A stretch of 64,000 nt of DNA from Octopus sinensis (lineage: Eukaryota), in the NCBI RefSeq assembly GCF_006345805.1, contig NC_043000.1, forward strand, positions 39,680,001-39,744,000, read 5' to 3'. The notes below the pieces were generated by a model that searched no databases, was not told where the DNA came from, and saw nothing but the letters and a program-made list of their open reading frames with translations. A program made the translations under genes and the position numbers. Below are positions 40,061 through 53,334 of this stretch, piece after piece. Numbering within the stretch: the first letter of the stretch is position 1; each line of letters opens with the position of its first letter.

Positions 40061-41159
40061 GTCATGCTTATGATATCAAACTATCTTTCTTTGAAAATGT
40101 CTATGAAGATGTCTTCGTTCGTCAAGATCTACTTTATCAACATAAAAGCCTCAATGTTGAATTCTTCAGTTCTAAACCACCATTATCTGTATATGGACTG
40201 TCAACACTATCTATTACTCATCCTATATTATCTAATAATTTATCAGTTGTTATCATTGTTGTTTCGCCAGATATCTGCCTTCATCTGGAAGACTTGAGAT
40301 TGTTCCAAGTGTGACATCTGTCTTTTACTTAGAAGCGTAGGACTACATCAGAAATGTGTCTTTTTTTAGATGACAGCACGTATCTTGAGTGACATGTCGT
40401 GGCCTCTTCACTTCCCAGTGTTGATGTAGTTGAAGATCACACTTCACTCACATGTAGGTGAATGGGGGAGATGTTCGTGAGTCTTCTTTCCTGCGAACTA
40501 AAACGCTTCATATGTTTACATTAAGAACGTTCCATTATCAGCTTCTCTCTAAATTGATGGCCTTGATCCAGTTAAATATATTATTATTATTATTATTACT
40601 ACTATTATTATTATTATTATTATTATTATCTGTCATCCAGACAGAATACTTCTATAATATGTGAGATGTATCTAACAGTATTATATTAATAACCCAAAGA
40701 AGGTAAGGCATCACACAAGACAATTTTATTAAGTCCTAGGTCTACCTTCGCCAACAGATACCCATGATCAATTGCATTCCATCCAGGACCATCATATTTT
40801 TATCCTAATTATTGACAACCCATAAGCACATTGTCCAATGTGTCCTTGTTTAAGGTGATCAATTGCGAATCAAAGAGGATTTAGATACTAATTGTAGCAC
40901 GTCTATAGACCAAAGAAAAACTCCCTGAATGATTTGGCTTTCTTGCTAGAGATTAATGCTTGCAATAAAGATAAACTTTGAAATGTCCATTTGTTGTTGC
41001 TGTATATCTAATTACCTCTCTAAACACTCCCATTGTTATGAAAACAGTTTTAATATCCTCTAGTATATTGACAGTTACTTGCCTTCATTTACAGCTGAGA
41101 GTAGAACGTCTGGTACAGAAATATTAATGTCCTGCCTCTATGTGTATAATATAGCGATA

Positions 41160-41390
41160 TATTTCTTTATTGCCCACAAGGGGCTAAACATAGAGGGGAA
41201 AAACAAGGATAGACAAAGGGATTAAGTGGATTACATCGACCCCAGTGCGTAACTGGTACTTAATTTATCGACCCTGAAAGGATGAAAGGCAAAGTCGACC
41301 TCGGCGGAATTTGAACTCAGAATGTAACGGCAGACGAATTACGGCTACGCATTTCGCCCGGCGTGCTAACGTGTCTGCCAGCTCGCCGCC
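41160..41390 (-). mobile_element. SINE family C
   Basis: Reverse complement of the 23977-24230 family. Confidence 0.92.
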
Positions 41391-42137
41391 TTGTGTATCA
41401 TATAGCAATAGTGTCTATATGAATATTTCACTTTGTATTGTTGTGGTTTAAGACAGGCTATTCCAGAGTGGGGGTGGTTGCATAAAGAATCAGGTGGTTG
41501 GGTGAGCAATTAAGAACTACTTTTGTTTTATATTCTAGCTTTAGGTTTATCATCATTTACTAAGTACTGCAGTTAGTTTGTCAGCGAAAAATAATACTTT
41601 ATGATTTTCCTTATCAAAATAAATCCAAAACTTGAGTATTTAATAATATCCGTGCTGAAAAATCCTGTCATATTAAAATAATTACACATTTGTTTTTTTA
41701 ATTCCATGTGATTGTGGGAAATCCACAGTGTCTCCCTCTTTTCAGATAACTTCTGATAATGGAAAAGCACTATTTTCCCCCTAAAATATTACCCTTTAAA
41801 CTGCACGACTTTTATTCCATTTTAATTTGCAATGAAATATCGAGTTTTTGCATCATGTACTCAGATTAAATAAGTAAAATTTATGAGATGTGGCAGGAAG
41901 CTCCGCCGTGCAAAATTTAGTGAAACAAGAGAGGAAGACTCCTAAGCATTATCCACTTGTTATTGGATTCTTTTGTGATTGGAGTGAATAAAGTTGGTTG
42001 ATCTGAAATTAAATACAAAAAAATATTTAAATTACATCAAATTTATTTCAGAAAATGATAAGCAGTTATTAATAGAAATTATTAGTATTAAAACGAATTA
42101 TTTGGTATCAAAATATGTACAGAATTGATTAGATTTG

Positions 42138-43720
42138 ATTTAGTTTCAGCTCATGAGTCGTAGCCATGCTGTGGTACCGCCATTTGGTGTTGCTTCATAA
42201 TTTTACTTTACTAATTCTTTTTAGAAAGCTACGTTTGAGGGAGTTTAATGCCGCAGCCCTCATCTGCACCTCCTACTATGAAGTTGGTTAATCTCAGACA
42301 CTTGACAGTACGAGGTTCAGTTTCATTTTGAAATCACGTACATCCACCCCATGCAGCTCTCTCAGGCCCTTCGGGAGGATATTGAAGAGCTGTGGTCCCC
42401 TGAAGCACAATATCTTGTCCTATATCTTGATGGCAAATTTGAAGTCCTTGGCACTATGAAGTGGTGCCCTGTTCTAGTATATGTGTAACTCTCGATGCCA
42501 AAGTTTGGGGAAAGATCCCTCCAGGATCTTCCAGATGTATATTATGACATATCTTTCTCACCTACGCTCAAAGGAATAGAGTCTTAATCTCTTGAGTCTT
42601 TCCCAGTAACTTATATGCTACATAGAGGCTAGCTTTATTTTTTTTGTCTCAAGTCCTGCAATGAATGTGACACTGGTTGGTGTCCATAGCTGAGAGCAAT
42701 AGTCAAAGTGGCTTAGGACAAGTGTCCTCCAGAGGATCATCATGGTTTCTCAATCTCTTGTTCTAAAAGTTCTAAGAATCCATCCAGTCAGCCGCCTGCA
42801 TTTCATTGCCAACTTAGCAACATGCACATGGAAAGATGCACTATCACTCATGTAAATGCCCGGTTCTCGCACTGACTGTGTCTCTGGGATTGCAATCCCT
42901 CCAGGTTCAGTGTATTTAATTGGTACTGCATTTAGTTTTGCATACTGATAGCACAAGACTTGAAACTTTTCAGCATTAAACTGCATGCTATCTTTTCAGC
43001 TCACTTGTATATTTCATCCTGCTCATGTTGCAGGTGCATAGTGTACTCAAGGTTTTATATTACCTATAAGACTTTTGTATCATCTGCATAACTTGTGATT
43101 GTGACTTTCAGTGTGGCTGAGGGCATATCTAAGATGGCCATTATCAACAGTAGTGGTCCCGAAACAGTGCCTTGCTGAACACTGCTCACTATTTGCATGT
43201 CATTGGAAGTGGCCCCATTGGCTACTATCATCTGACTTCTATCCTTCAGAAAGTCATGAAGCCATTCTCCCAATTTTCCAACTATGCCAAGATCACGCAA
43301 TTTGTGACATATCATTCCATGATCAACTTTATGAAAGGCCTTTGAAAAGTCAAGATATATCACTTCCACATTTGAGTGATCGAGCAGTTGTTTCAGCACC
43401 CAGTCATAGTGTTGTAGGAGCTGCGTTAGGCAGCTTCTTCCTGGTCGGAAACCATGCTGGTTGTCAGCCAGCAAGTCATTTTCTTCAAGGAAGGTGACTA
43501 GTTTTCTTATGACTATTCGTTCCATGACTTTGCTGATGTGAAAGGTCAGAGAGATAGGTCTGTAGCTTTTGGCCTCTGCTCTGCTACCTCCTTTATGATT
43601 AGGGTATATTTTACCCTCTTTCAGCTTGCTTACAAGTTTGCCAGCTGCAAGGAAGCTCTGAAAGAGGGACTGAAGTGGTCTTGCTAGGACTCGCTTACAT
43701 GCTTTTATTTTAAGTAAGCT
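42138..43720 (-). mobile_element. CR1-clade LINE, 5'-truncated, same family as 15170-17310
   Basis: SYRPISLTF.ISKVMERI, QHGFRPGRSCLTQLL, IYLDFSKAF, QGTVSGPLL, YADDTK; 3' tail ggcggtaccacagcatggctacgactcatgagctgaaac. Confidence 0.92.
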
Positions 43721-43874
43721 GCAAACATATTTAGTTTTAGTTCCAAAAGCTGGGAATGAAATTGTATTCAACCATTATTTGTAATTTAAAGTCTCAACAA
43801 AAATATAATAAATATGATTTTTCTTCCTGAAAGTTGTACGAAACAATAACTTACACTTCATATAAACTAATTTA

Positions 43875-44288
43875 CTCTTTTACTCTTTTACTTGTTTCAG
43901 TCATTTGACTGCGGCCATGCTGGAGCACCGCCTTTAGTCGAGTAAATCGACCCCGGGACTTATTCTTTGTAAGCCCAGTACTTATGCTATCGGTCTCTTA
44001 TGCCGAACCGCTAAGTGACGGGGACGTAAACACACCAGCATCGGTTGTCAAGCGATGTTGGGAGGACAAACACAGACACACAAACATATACACACACACT
44101 TATATATATATATATACATAAATACGACAGGCTTCTTTCAGTTTCCGTCTACCAAATCCACTCACAAGGCATTGGTCGGCCCGGGGCTATAGCAGAAGAC
44201 ACTTGCCTAAGATGCCACGCAGTGGGACTGAACCCGGAACCATGTGGTTGGTTAGCAAGCTACTTACCACATAGCTACTCCTGCGCCT
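43875..44288 (-). mobile_element. SINE family A
   Basis: Full-length family match. Confidence 0.92.
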
Positions 44289-44722
44289 ATAGGAACATAT
44301 TTAGTTTTAAATTTCATCTTTAGCTATAAGTTTATTTATAAAAGAACTAGTTTTGGAAACTGAATAAATCTAACACTCTTAGTCACTCTCTAATACTAAA
44401 AATGATAACTTTCGACTGCGATGACTCAAAATTAGTTCATTTACTGAGTGAGATCTTCATCTCCTTCTGCTCAAAATATGTAACTGTAATTTTCATATTT
44501 TAATATCATTAAATACAAAGTATGTTGCCCATAGATAAGTGGTCAAATCTATCAAAGAATAAAACAACAGAAAATAATGATAACAATATAAGTGAGGGTG
44601 AGTCACAAACCTGAAGGAGTTTCCTGAATTCACAAATAAGCAATTTTCTCAGAACGACACAATTTCACAAAAAAATAGAGAAAATAAAATGGATTTACTT
44701 TTACTTGAGAAAATGTTCTAAG

Positions 44723-45051
44723 AATGTAAAGTATAATAGCCATCTCAATATGGCTAACCACAAAGTGTGAGTCAGCTTCTCAAGAGGTTGCTTCTGTGTA
44801 CTGAAAGATTCCGATAGCGTTTCAAAACAATTCTATAGGCTTAATTTTATAAAAGGAATGTCTTGAATCAAAACTTGTTTTTCTTTTTGTAAACTTCATA
44901 CTTTCAGACGCCAAACAATCCTTTCAAATTTAACAAAAATATTCTTACAACAATAATAAATCTCTGAGCGAGATGTAAACAGTAACCGCTCGACAATGTA
45001 AAGTATAATAGCCATCTCAATATGGCTAACCACAAAGGGTGGGTGTTACTG
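44723..45051 (+). repeat. Two identical 43-bp direct repeats (44723-44765, 44995-45037) of hairpin motif G; an inverted copy lies at 50434-50532
   Basis: aatgtaaagtataatagccatctcaatatggctaaccacaaag occurs twice; internal hairpin tagccat-ctcaat-atggcta. Confidence 0.9.
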
Positions 45052-45497
45052 AAAAGCTTCAGAAAAATTAATGCATTTTAAGGAAATGCAGTTATGTTAT
45101 ATTGCATGAGGGCGAGATACACATCTGTAGAAATCCCCATATGGTTGGGCTACAGATCTGTAGACATTTGTAGATATGCTTTATATGTATATAGTTTCGC
45201 TTACAGGCTTCTGCCTAAATAGATACTTCCCTCTCCTATCACTTTTCATGAGACAAATTAATTATAAAGCTTATGTATGTGATTATAGATAGCAGTTGGT
45301 GGCTTATTTAAGACTTCATTGATAGACTGAATATAGCCATCATAAACAGCGGCACGTGCCAGGAAAAAAGAAACGAGAAAGGTGATTGTACGATGTGCTA
45401 GAAATAACAGCTAAATCCCCCCTTAAATCATACAAAAATATTTCCTTTTTTGAGGCTTACGTAATCGTATTCATTCCCGTGTGTAGAACAGACATTC

Positions 45498-46005
45498 ATG
45501 TATGTATCTATGCATGTATATTTGAATGTATGCATGTATCTACGTATGTATTTTTGATTGTGTGTGCGTTTTAAACTTGGAGAAAAAAGCCTTGCATATT
45601 TGTTATTAATCTGCTTAATGTATGTATGCAAAATCTCGTTTTCTTTTTAGAAATTTACGGATTTTACATACACACATGAAGCAGGCAAAAGCAAAGATTC
45701 AATGCGATGTTGCTTTTGTTATATCTACATTCCACATATATAAATACATAAAAATACAACAAGCACGCACGTACACCTGTTTGCTTCCTCTTCCACACGT
45801 CAAACAGGACAAGCACGCAGTTTTTGCGAAAGATAACCCAATTGCGATCATTCGTTTTGAGTAGACAATGCAAAAACAACTCTCCGTTTGTATGCGCGTA
45901 TATATATATATATATATATATCCAAGTTTAAAACGCACACACAATCAAAAATACGTACGTAGATACATACATACATTCGAATATACATGCATAGATACAT
46001 ACATA
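45498..46005. repeat. Inverted duplication of about 83 bp (45498-45579 / 45921-46005)
   Basis: The arms include non-microsatellite sequence tttttgattgtgtgtgcgttttaaacttgga. Confidence 0.8.
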
Positions 46006-46399
46006 CGCACATACATGCACACATCCGTACATGTATACTTGCATACACATACAAAAATAGATACATATATACATGCATACATGCATATAAATATGCATAT
46101 ATTCAAATATATATACATACATTGTGCATGCGTCTTTGACTAAGTATATGTCAGTTTAGCCCGACACAATTTGCTGACATATTTAAGACGGACTTGTTAA
46201 ACTTGTTGATATATAATGTCCCCGATTTTTAAATTTGCAATTGGGGGACCCGTCTTTTTCTCTTTCTTGTTTATTTTTTGTTTGCAGTTGGGGGTGAATT
46301 TGCGAAGTAATTAAAGGATGAACTCACCTTTCATTAATTGGGCTTATTCTTTATTATCTCAATCAGGAACAAATAATAATGATCCTCTCAACATGCTGT

Positions 46400-46800
46400 G
46401 TATCATCATCATCGTTTAACGTCCGTTTTCCATGCTGGCATGGGTTGGACGGTTTGACTGATAAGCCAGGAGGCCGCGCCAGGCTCAAATATCATCTGGC
46501 AATGTTTCTACAGCTGGATGCCTTTTCTAACGCCAACCACTCCGAGAATGTAGTGGGTGCTTTTTACGTGCCACCGGCTCGGGAGCCAGTGAGGCGACAC
46601 TGGCATCAACCACGTTTGGATGGTGGTTTTTACCGGCAGAGGAGCCAGTCGGGGCGGAGTGGGGCTGGCATCGACCACGTTCGGATGGTGCTTTTTGCAT
46701 GCCACCGGCACAGGAGCTAGTCGGGGTGGGAGGCTAGCATCGACCACGTTCTGAGGGTGCTTATTACGTACCACCCGCACGGGGACCCAGTCTGGCGACT
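46400..46800 (-). mobile_element. RTE LINE 3' UTR fragment
   Basis: (atc)n tail, ccatgctggcatgggttgg, repeated tttttacgtgccacc motif. Confidence 0.78.
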
Positions 46801-46849
46801 CGGTGTGATTATATTAAACCCCATCTTTTGATGAGCTTTCCAAGTTAAT

Positions 46850-49800
46850 AAATATTGTGTATGATAATTGTGTGGATTGTATTGAGATGATGAGAGATTT
46901 ACAGCGTTTGTCAGATTAATAACAGTTTTATCTCCAGCTTAATCAATATTTACGTTGTCGAGAGGTTACTGTTTACATCTCGTTCAGAGATTTATTATTG
47001 CTTGCAGACAGTTTTTCGAAATCAGTGACGGAAGTTACTGGGAAAAAACATTAAATAAATATTTGCAAACAGGTCTCCCTTCATCGAAAACCGGTGTTTT
47101 GACTCGTCTAGGGACCCCTCTTTCATCTGCGTATTGAGAAGTTAGCTGCCTATTTTGTTGAGTGTGTTCGTTTTTTGTTCGTCGTTGTTTGTATTTGCTC
47201 GTGAATTGAACAGTTGTCCGTTGTGTGACAGTAATTTTCGCCCTACGGGGCTGAAAATTGTGTGTATAAACATTGTTATTACCTTCAGGGTAATTTTTTT
47301 TTATTGAAAAATTGGTTCTCATAATTTGAGAAATGGAGTTCGACTTGGCGTCGAGGAGCGACTTTCCCGTGATGAGAAAAGGCGAACAGAAGGATGTCGA
47401 GGTTAAAAAACAGTCTATTTCGGCCGCAGTGGGTGGAACCATAACGGAAGTAGAATTTAAAATAGAACAGTTGTTCGAATACCGGAACTTGGTAAAAAAG
47501 GAAGGCAACGAAATTAAACTGGTACCGCCGCAAGCGATATTACAGGAAATAAAGGCTAAGACAGTCGTATACAAGGTTTACAGAAACAAAGAGAAAAAAA
47601 TAATGGACGTGAAGAACGAAATAGTCGAGAAGTGCTTGTCCCCGGTGTGGAGCAAAATTCGCTACGTCGGTCGAGGTGCTCGCAGCGCTACCGTTGAAGC
47701 ACATTTTGACTCGGCTGATGTGGCAAGAGAGATTTCATCGATGACCTTAAAAAGTGAGGACATCATGTTACTACCTACATATATGGGAAAAAGAACTGCG
47801 AAACTATATGTGGAAGACATTCCAAGAGGATATGATATAATGTGGGTAGTAGCGGCGGTTCTGTACGACGTAGAGCAGAAAGTCTCAATTCTGCAGATGA
47901 AAAGGAAAGAGGAGGTAAACTGGAAGGGACAAGCGCTCGAACTCCTCGTTCAAGCAGAAAATAATGTGCTAGAAAACTTACCCGATAGGGTATTTATTGA
48001 GGAGGGAATTACAATGAGAGTGCCAGTGGAGGGGCGCAGACCTAGGTGTTTCAAATGTGGTGAAAAGGGTCACGTCCGCTCGAACTGCATAAAAAAAAGA
48101 AAAACAGCGAAGCCCTCCTCAAAGTGCTTCAAACACAGAAAAAGAAAAGGCGGAAAAAGACCCCAAGACTGCGACAAGGAAGGGAATCGAAACGGAAGAT
48201 AAAAATGAACAAATGGAATTTACACAGGTGACACACAAAAGAAAAAAAGAAAATACCCTGGACTCCCCTCCCCAAACAAAGAAAAGATCAGCAAACACCG
48301 CAGAGATACATACAAAACAAATTCCCCAGCCCTACCCCCACGGCACTGTATTCATTGGAACACAGTTCGCCAAGCCCCTCCCCATAAAACAAGATTGGAA
48401 AAAATTGATTAAAAAAAATGAAAAGGTTGTAGCATTCGACGAGAAAAATGATAGAGTGTTCAAGTATTTTGAATTTTCAAAACTGAAATTATTCAGTAAG
48501 TCTGCAGCCACTAAGTCGATCACTCGTTTTGCAAAAATAAAGGAAGACGAGTGGAAGGAAAAAACACTTCAAGAACATTTAAAAAATAACCTTATCAGAG
48601 ACGTTACTAACGAAATACTGGAGGGTAAATTTACTATAACCCCGGCAACCACACCTACCCAGAGCCCGATGGAAACGCCGGTTAAGAGCCCTGCAGCTAC
48701 GACCACGAGGGAGGAAGAAGGGGAAGCATGCAGATTTAAACTGTCATGCTCCCTGTCCCAACCGTAAGTTTTTTTTTTCTCTCTCTCCGACAATGGCAAA
48801 GCTGGGTTGTGTGAATGTGCGTGGAATGGGGTCGAAATGGAAACAAATTTGTCTCCTGAACGACCTCACGACACACGGAGTGGACGTAGCTATTGTAATC
48901 GAGTCCAAGATGAACAGGGCCCAAGCGTTCTCGCCTCTTCTAAATGGTTTCGAGAAATTTATTTCTCCTAGCCGAGGAAGAGGAAGGGGCGTGGCAGTCC
49001 TTATCAGGAAGAGCTTGGACTTGCAGGTAAGTACTGTCTTTCTGGACCCAGAAGGCAGGCTGGTCGTTCTGGATGTGACCCACCTAAGTAAACAGTCCTT
49101 CAGGTTGGTAGCTGTCTACGCTCCGAATTAGAATAGGCAGTCGGGTTTTTTTCGGAATCTGGAGCACTTTTTAGTGACGTCGAAAACGGTAGTCTTAGTA
49201 GGGGACTTTAACACTGTCCTCGAAGCGCAGGTCGACAGTGTTGGCTCAACCAATAGGAAGGGGAACCCTAGCCTCAAGGGTCTACTAGAGAGCTTTAATC
49301 TAGTAGACCGTTATCGACTGGATGAGCCGAGCGTTCCACAGTGGACGTGGAGTAACAACGACGACTCACGCAGATCGTATATAGATAGGATATTCGTTAG
49401 GAAAAGAGATAAGGATACGTTTAGTTGTCCACAGTTTCACATTGTGTCTTACACGGATTACACATTTGTGACTTGTAGGGTGCTATTAGATAAGTGTCAT
49501 AGACAGGGACCCGGGTACTGGAAGCTGAACAAGTCTATTTTGAATTGTGAAGACTTCCGTACCCGGATTAAGGTGTTAGTACAGAGGGCATTATGTGGCA
49601 CCATCATTAACAACAGATGGTGGCACTCCCTCAAAAGAGCCATTCGTTCAGAGTCCATTAGATTTAGCAATCAGCTAAGGTTAGATAGGTCTAGGATAGA
49701 GGACGATTTAGTTAAGAATCTAAACGAGGCAATGGAATCTGGCTCTGCATCCGGAGTGATGGCGGCAAGGACGGTATTGTATCATCACCTTAACTCCAAA

Positions 49801-50433
49801 CACGAAGGTTGCAGAGTTAGAGCTAAGCTACGCGCAGGGAAACGAGAAGGTATTAACGTTGCCGGATGGGCCCGTCGAGTGGAGAGTCAGAGAGGCAACA
49901 AAGCTTCAATCAAGTCTTTAACTGACGAACAGGGACACAAGATCTATGGACAGGAGGATATGCAAAAGTTTCTTCACCAGCATTTCGCTCGCGCGTTCGG
50001 GGGTGGTGGTTCGCTGGAGCGGGGGAGGGCCTTAAAGGACTTCCTAGCCGGCGGACCGCGGCTCTCGGGGCGTGAAGTGGAGTGCTGTGAAGGAGCGATC
50101 ACTCCCGCGGAGATAGAGGGGGTACTGGCCGGATGCGCCGGGAAAAGTCGCCGGGGCTGGATGGTCTGCCCTACGAGTTTTATCAAAGTATGCCGGACTT
50201 GTTCGGGGGAATACTGGCAGGCGTCTACGCGAACTGGCAGCAGAACGGGAGAATTCCCAGTTCTGTAAGCCGGGGAGTTGTGACGCTAATCCAGAAAGAC
50301 CCGAGCAAGGGGGATAACATTAGTAATTACAGGCCCATAACTCTACTTAATGTAGAGTTAAAGATTTTGGCCAAGGTGTTGGCAAAAAGGTTGACGACTG
50401 TCGTGGAGAAACTTGTAGGGAAAGCACAGACAT
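46850..50433 (+). mobile_element. L1/Tx1-clade LINE, 5' half: ORF1 with zinc knuckle (47333-48767, frameshifted) and ORF2 APE endonuclease plus start of RT (48793-50433, one stop, one frameshift)
   Basis: CFKCGEKGHVRSNC (CX2CX4HX4C); NVRG, VAVYAPN, LVGDFN, SYIDRIFV, GPGYWKLN, KSPGLDGLPYEFY, NYRPITLLNVELKILAKVLAKRL. Homology stops abruptly after GKAQT. 5' boundary uncertain. Confidence 0.9.
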
Positions 50434-50532
50434 CGGGGCTAAAAGCTACAGTAACACCCACATCGGGACTAAAAGCTACAGTAACACCCACCCTTAGTGG
50501 TTAGCCATATTGAGATGGCTAGTATACTTTAC
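50434..50532 (-). repeat. Motif G with an internal 30-bp tandem duplication, at the Tx1 break
   Basis: catcggg(g/a)ctaaaagctacagtaacaccca twice, then cccttagtggttagccatattgagatggctagtatactttac. Confidence 0.88.
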
Positions 50533-51066
50533 TTTGTTAAGGTTATTTCTACAGAAGCCAGCACTATTTTTTTCGAGACGTTAGATGTAAACAACCATGG
50601 GGAAGAAACAACAGATGTTTTTGTCTTCTATCTCATTGTTTGTTTACATCTGACATCTCAATACAAAATGATGTAGCAAAACCTCATTGATGGCTATAAT
50701 TTCTATAGAACATCTGTAGAAATATCCTTCACAAAATATTTCTATTCCGTCTTATTGCAAAACTTTTCACCATTGCTTATATTCAGTCAATACAGTTAAT
50801 AGTGTATTTATGTCTTCAACATCTATTTTATGCTAATTCTATTGAAAACAGTTTACATGTTATTCTTAACTGTAAAATGAACCTTTTTTTTTTAATATAT
50901 TATTTTATCAAAACTTTTCAAAAACCAATAAAGTTTTCATTTTTTTTCAGCTTTGCTCTAAAAATTAGTGAATTGTGAGATGATAAATTATATTCATATG
51001 AAGAAAACAGAATGCAAAGAAAAACTATATTTAACAGAAAAAAGATAATAATTCTACATTCCTAAA

Positions 51067-53334
51067 ATGGAGAGAATTAATGAAAAAACAAAGCGTTGGC
51101 TCTCATTCCTGTCGCAGTCTGTGATACAACACCGATTTATAAGGAATCTACAGGAATTCTACCCCAAATATTACATGCACATAACACAAAGAAAACTGAA
51201 GAACAGGATACAAAAAGCACAAAGAAATCTGAAGAATGAGAAATCTCCATATTACGAAGCATTCTTCATAATGCGACATGTTACCTAATGATAATCAAAT
51301 CCGACCGCATCAGTTCGTTTATAGATTATGTGAAGGATAAATGTAATCACAGGGGTTTGTATGGACCTTCTATTTTACGTAATATTAAACGTAAAATGAA
51401 AAGATTTCTGGGATTTATAAAGCGACATAATAATTTTGTTCAGCAAAATCTTGATTGGTTTCAACAAAGACTGTTTGACATTTATCTCATCTGTAACCCA
51501 TACAACCACAAGAGCACTGAGGTACCAAAAATAACAACAAAATTTCGGCCTATTTCGCCAGTTCTGACCAAAGAAGCAAAGATCAATGAATCCGATATAT
51601 ACTTTGACAACACAAGTTACTGCTGACCATGCCATCATTGTCAGCAACAAAAGGTTCATCATTTTTCTTCAACAGTAATGGTCAATAGTTACATTCAGTT
51701 AGACACTACATGGTGTATGATATTGGTGATGATGACAGTCATTTGTATATTTATGGTGAGTGGGATAAATATTCTGGTTTATTTTGATATGAAAACATTG
51801 TGTATTTGACATAGACTGGGGAATACGACAAAATATTTTTAAATAAAAGAATTTATAAATATGAAGTACATTTCTCAAGTATAAACTGTAAAAGACCAAT
51901 GTTTGTTGGAAACCACAGATGGGAAGCGAATGTATTGTATGTTGAAGGATTATTCATGGTTAATCGAGAAGCTTCTCCGTTTCCTGTTTAGAAATAGACG
52001 AATATCCTGTTCAAGTAAAAGATATTAATATCTCTAAAGAAAGAAAAATAGTTGTGTGTGAAAAAGCCAACAATGGAAATATCTAAATATTTGATGAAGA
52101 CGGGGAGTTGCTATGTTACAGAAATGTTGCAAGTTTAGTTGGTGGTGTGTGTTTTACAGAAGAAAGAGACATAAAAAGAAAAGAAATATTTCAACTGAAT
52201 GGAAAAGATTTGCTGAAGTATAAAGTTTAGCAAAGTCTCATACCTTATGGTGTGATATGGAGGGAATTGAGGAATGTTTGCTGGTGTGTACACATTGAAA
52301 CGGTTGAGTGCCATTGCATAAAGAGAGATGGGGACCAACGGAATATTCTGGAATCAATGTCGTTATTTAATTTTGATTCTGGTCTCCATTTCCCTTCCAT
52401 CACATCTCAGATGAACCAGGAAATATTCAGCGATTTATTAATTAATAAACTGAAGTACAGGGGAGAGAGAGAGGAGGAGGAGGAGGAATAAGGGGTAAAT
52501 CAGGTGAAATTGGTGAAATAATTGATAAAGATAGATTAAAAATGAGATGTGGTAATTACATAGCGGAGAATAAGTCGGGAATTGATGAAATATCAGTGAG
52601 GAGACTGTCATATAGAACATCAATGGTCCCTCTGTCCATTCCTACATTCGATGAACCTGTTAATTTTGATTGGATGAACATTAGGGACCGGAGCAGTAAA
52701 CTAATTAAGTTAGATGACAATGTCAGTGTGTTGATGTTTCCAGAAAGTGTCACATTAATCAGCACAACAACAGGTGACATACTTCAACATAAGCAACTAC
52801 CACAGCAACCACCACCACTGGACGTGTGTCGGTGAACAGGTGAACAGGTGAACATTTTTATAGTCGTCTTTAGTAACGAAATGATGGTCTTTAACAGAGA
52901 TCTCTATCGTTTAAAACCCATCAAAACTGAGAAATATTATCACACAATTTACATATGCAACGATAATCAACTCGTGTGTGGTGGTCATTATATTAGAGAC
53001 ACAACTCAAGAAGAGAGAGACAACAGCTGCGAAGGAATATGGTAGGACCACAAATTTTACTACTTTTGCAAATATCGCGACGCCTACGCCTCATTATGCC
53101 GATGTAGTTGATATCAATGATGGGAAATGTAAAACTGAAGTGTGTTATGGGGATATGTGGAGATTTGGAAGGTTTGAGGGAGAAGCAAGGGTGAATAATG
53201 TAGGAATCACATCTTTTGGTGATGTTGTTGTGAGGTGGGAGAAGAAGAAGAAGACAGAATCTGGATTGTTGGATGATTTCTGTTTTGTGGAATGGTTCAG
53301 GGAAAAATCGTTGGTCGAAAGTATAAGAATATGA
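51067..53334 (+). pseudogene. Intronless decayed coding cassette of unknown origin, partly NHL/beta-propeller-like
   Basis: Six co-directional ORF fragments in microsatellite-free DNA. Reading through single stops gives YPVQVKDINISKERKIVVCEKANNGNI*IFDEDGELL...VGGVCFT. Confidence 0.45.

Noticed and set aside
47035-47574. 179-aa minus-strand ORF
   Set aside because: It is antisense to Tx1 ORF1 and its leader, with no recognisable motif.
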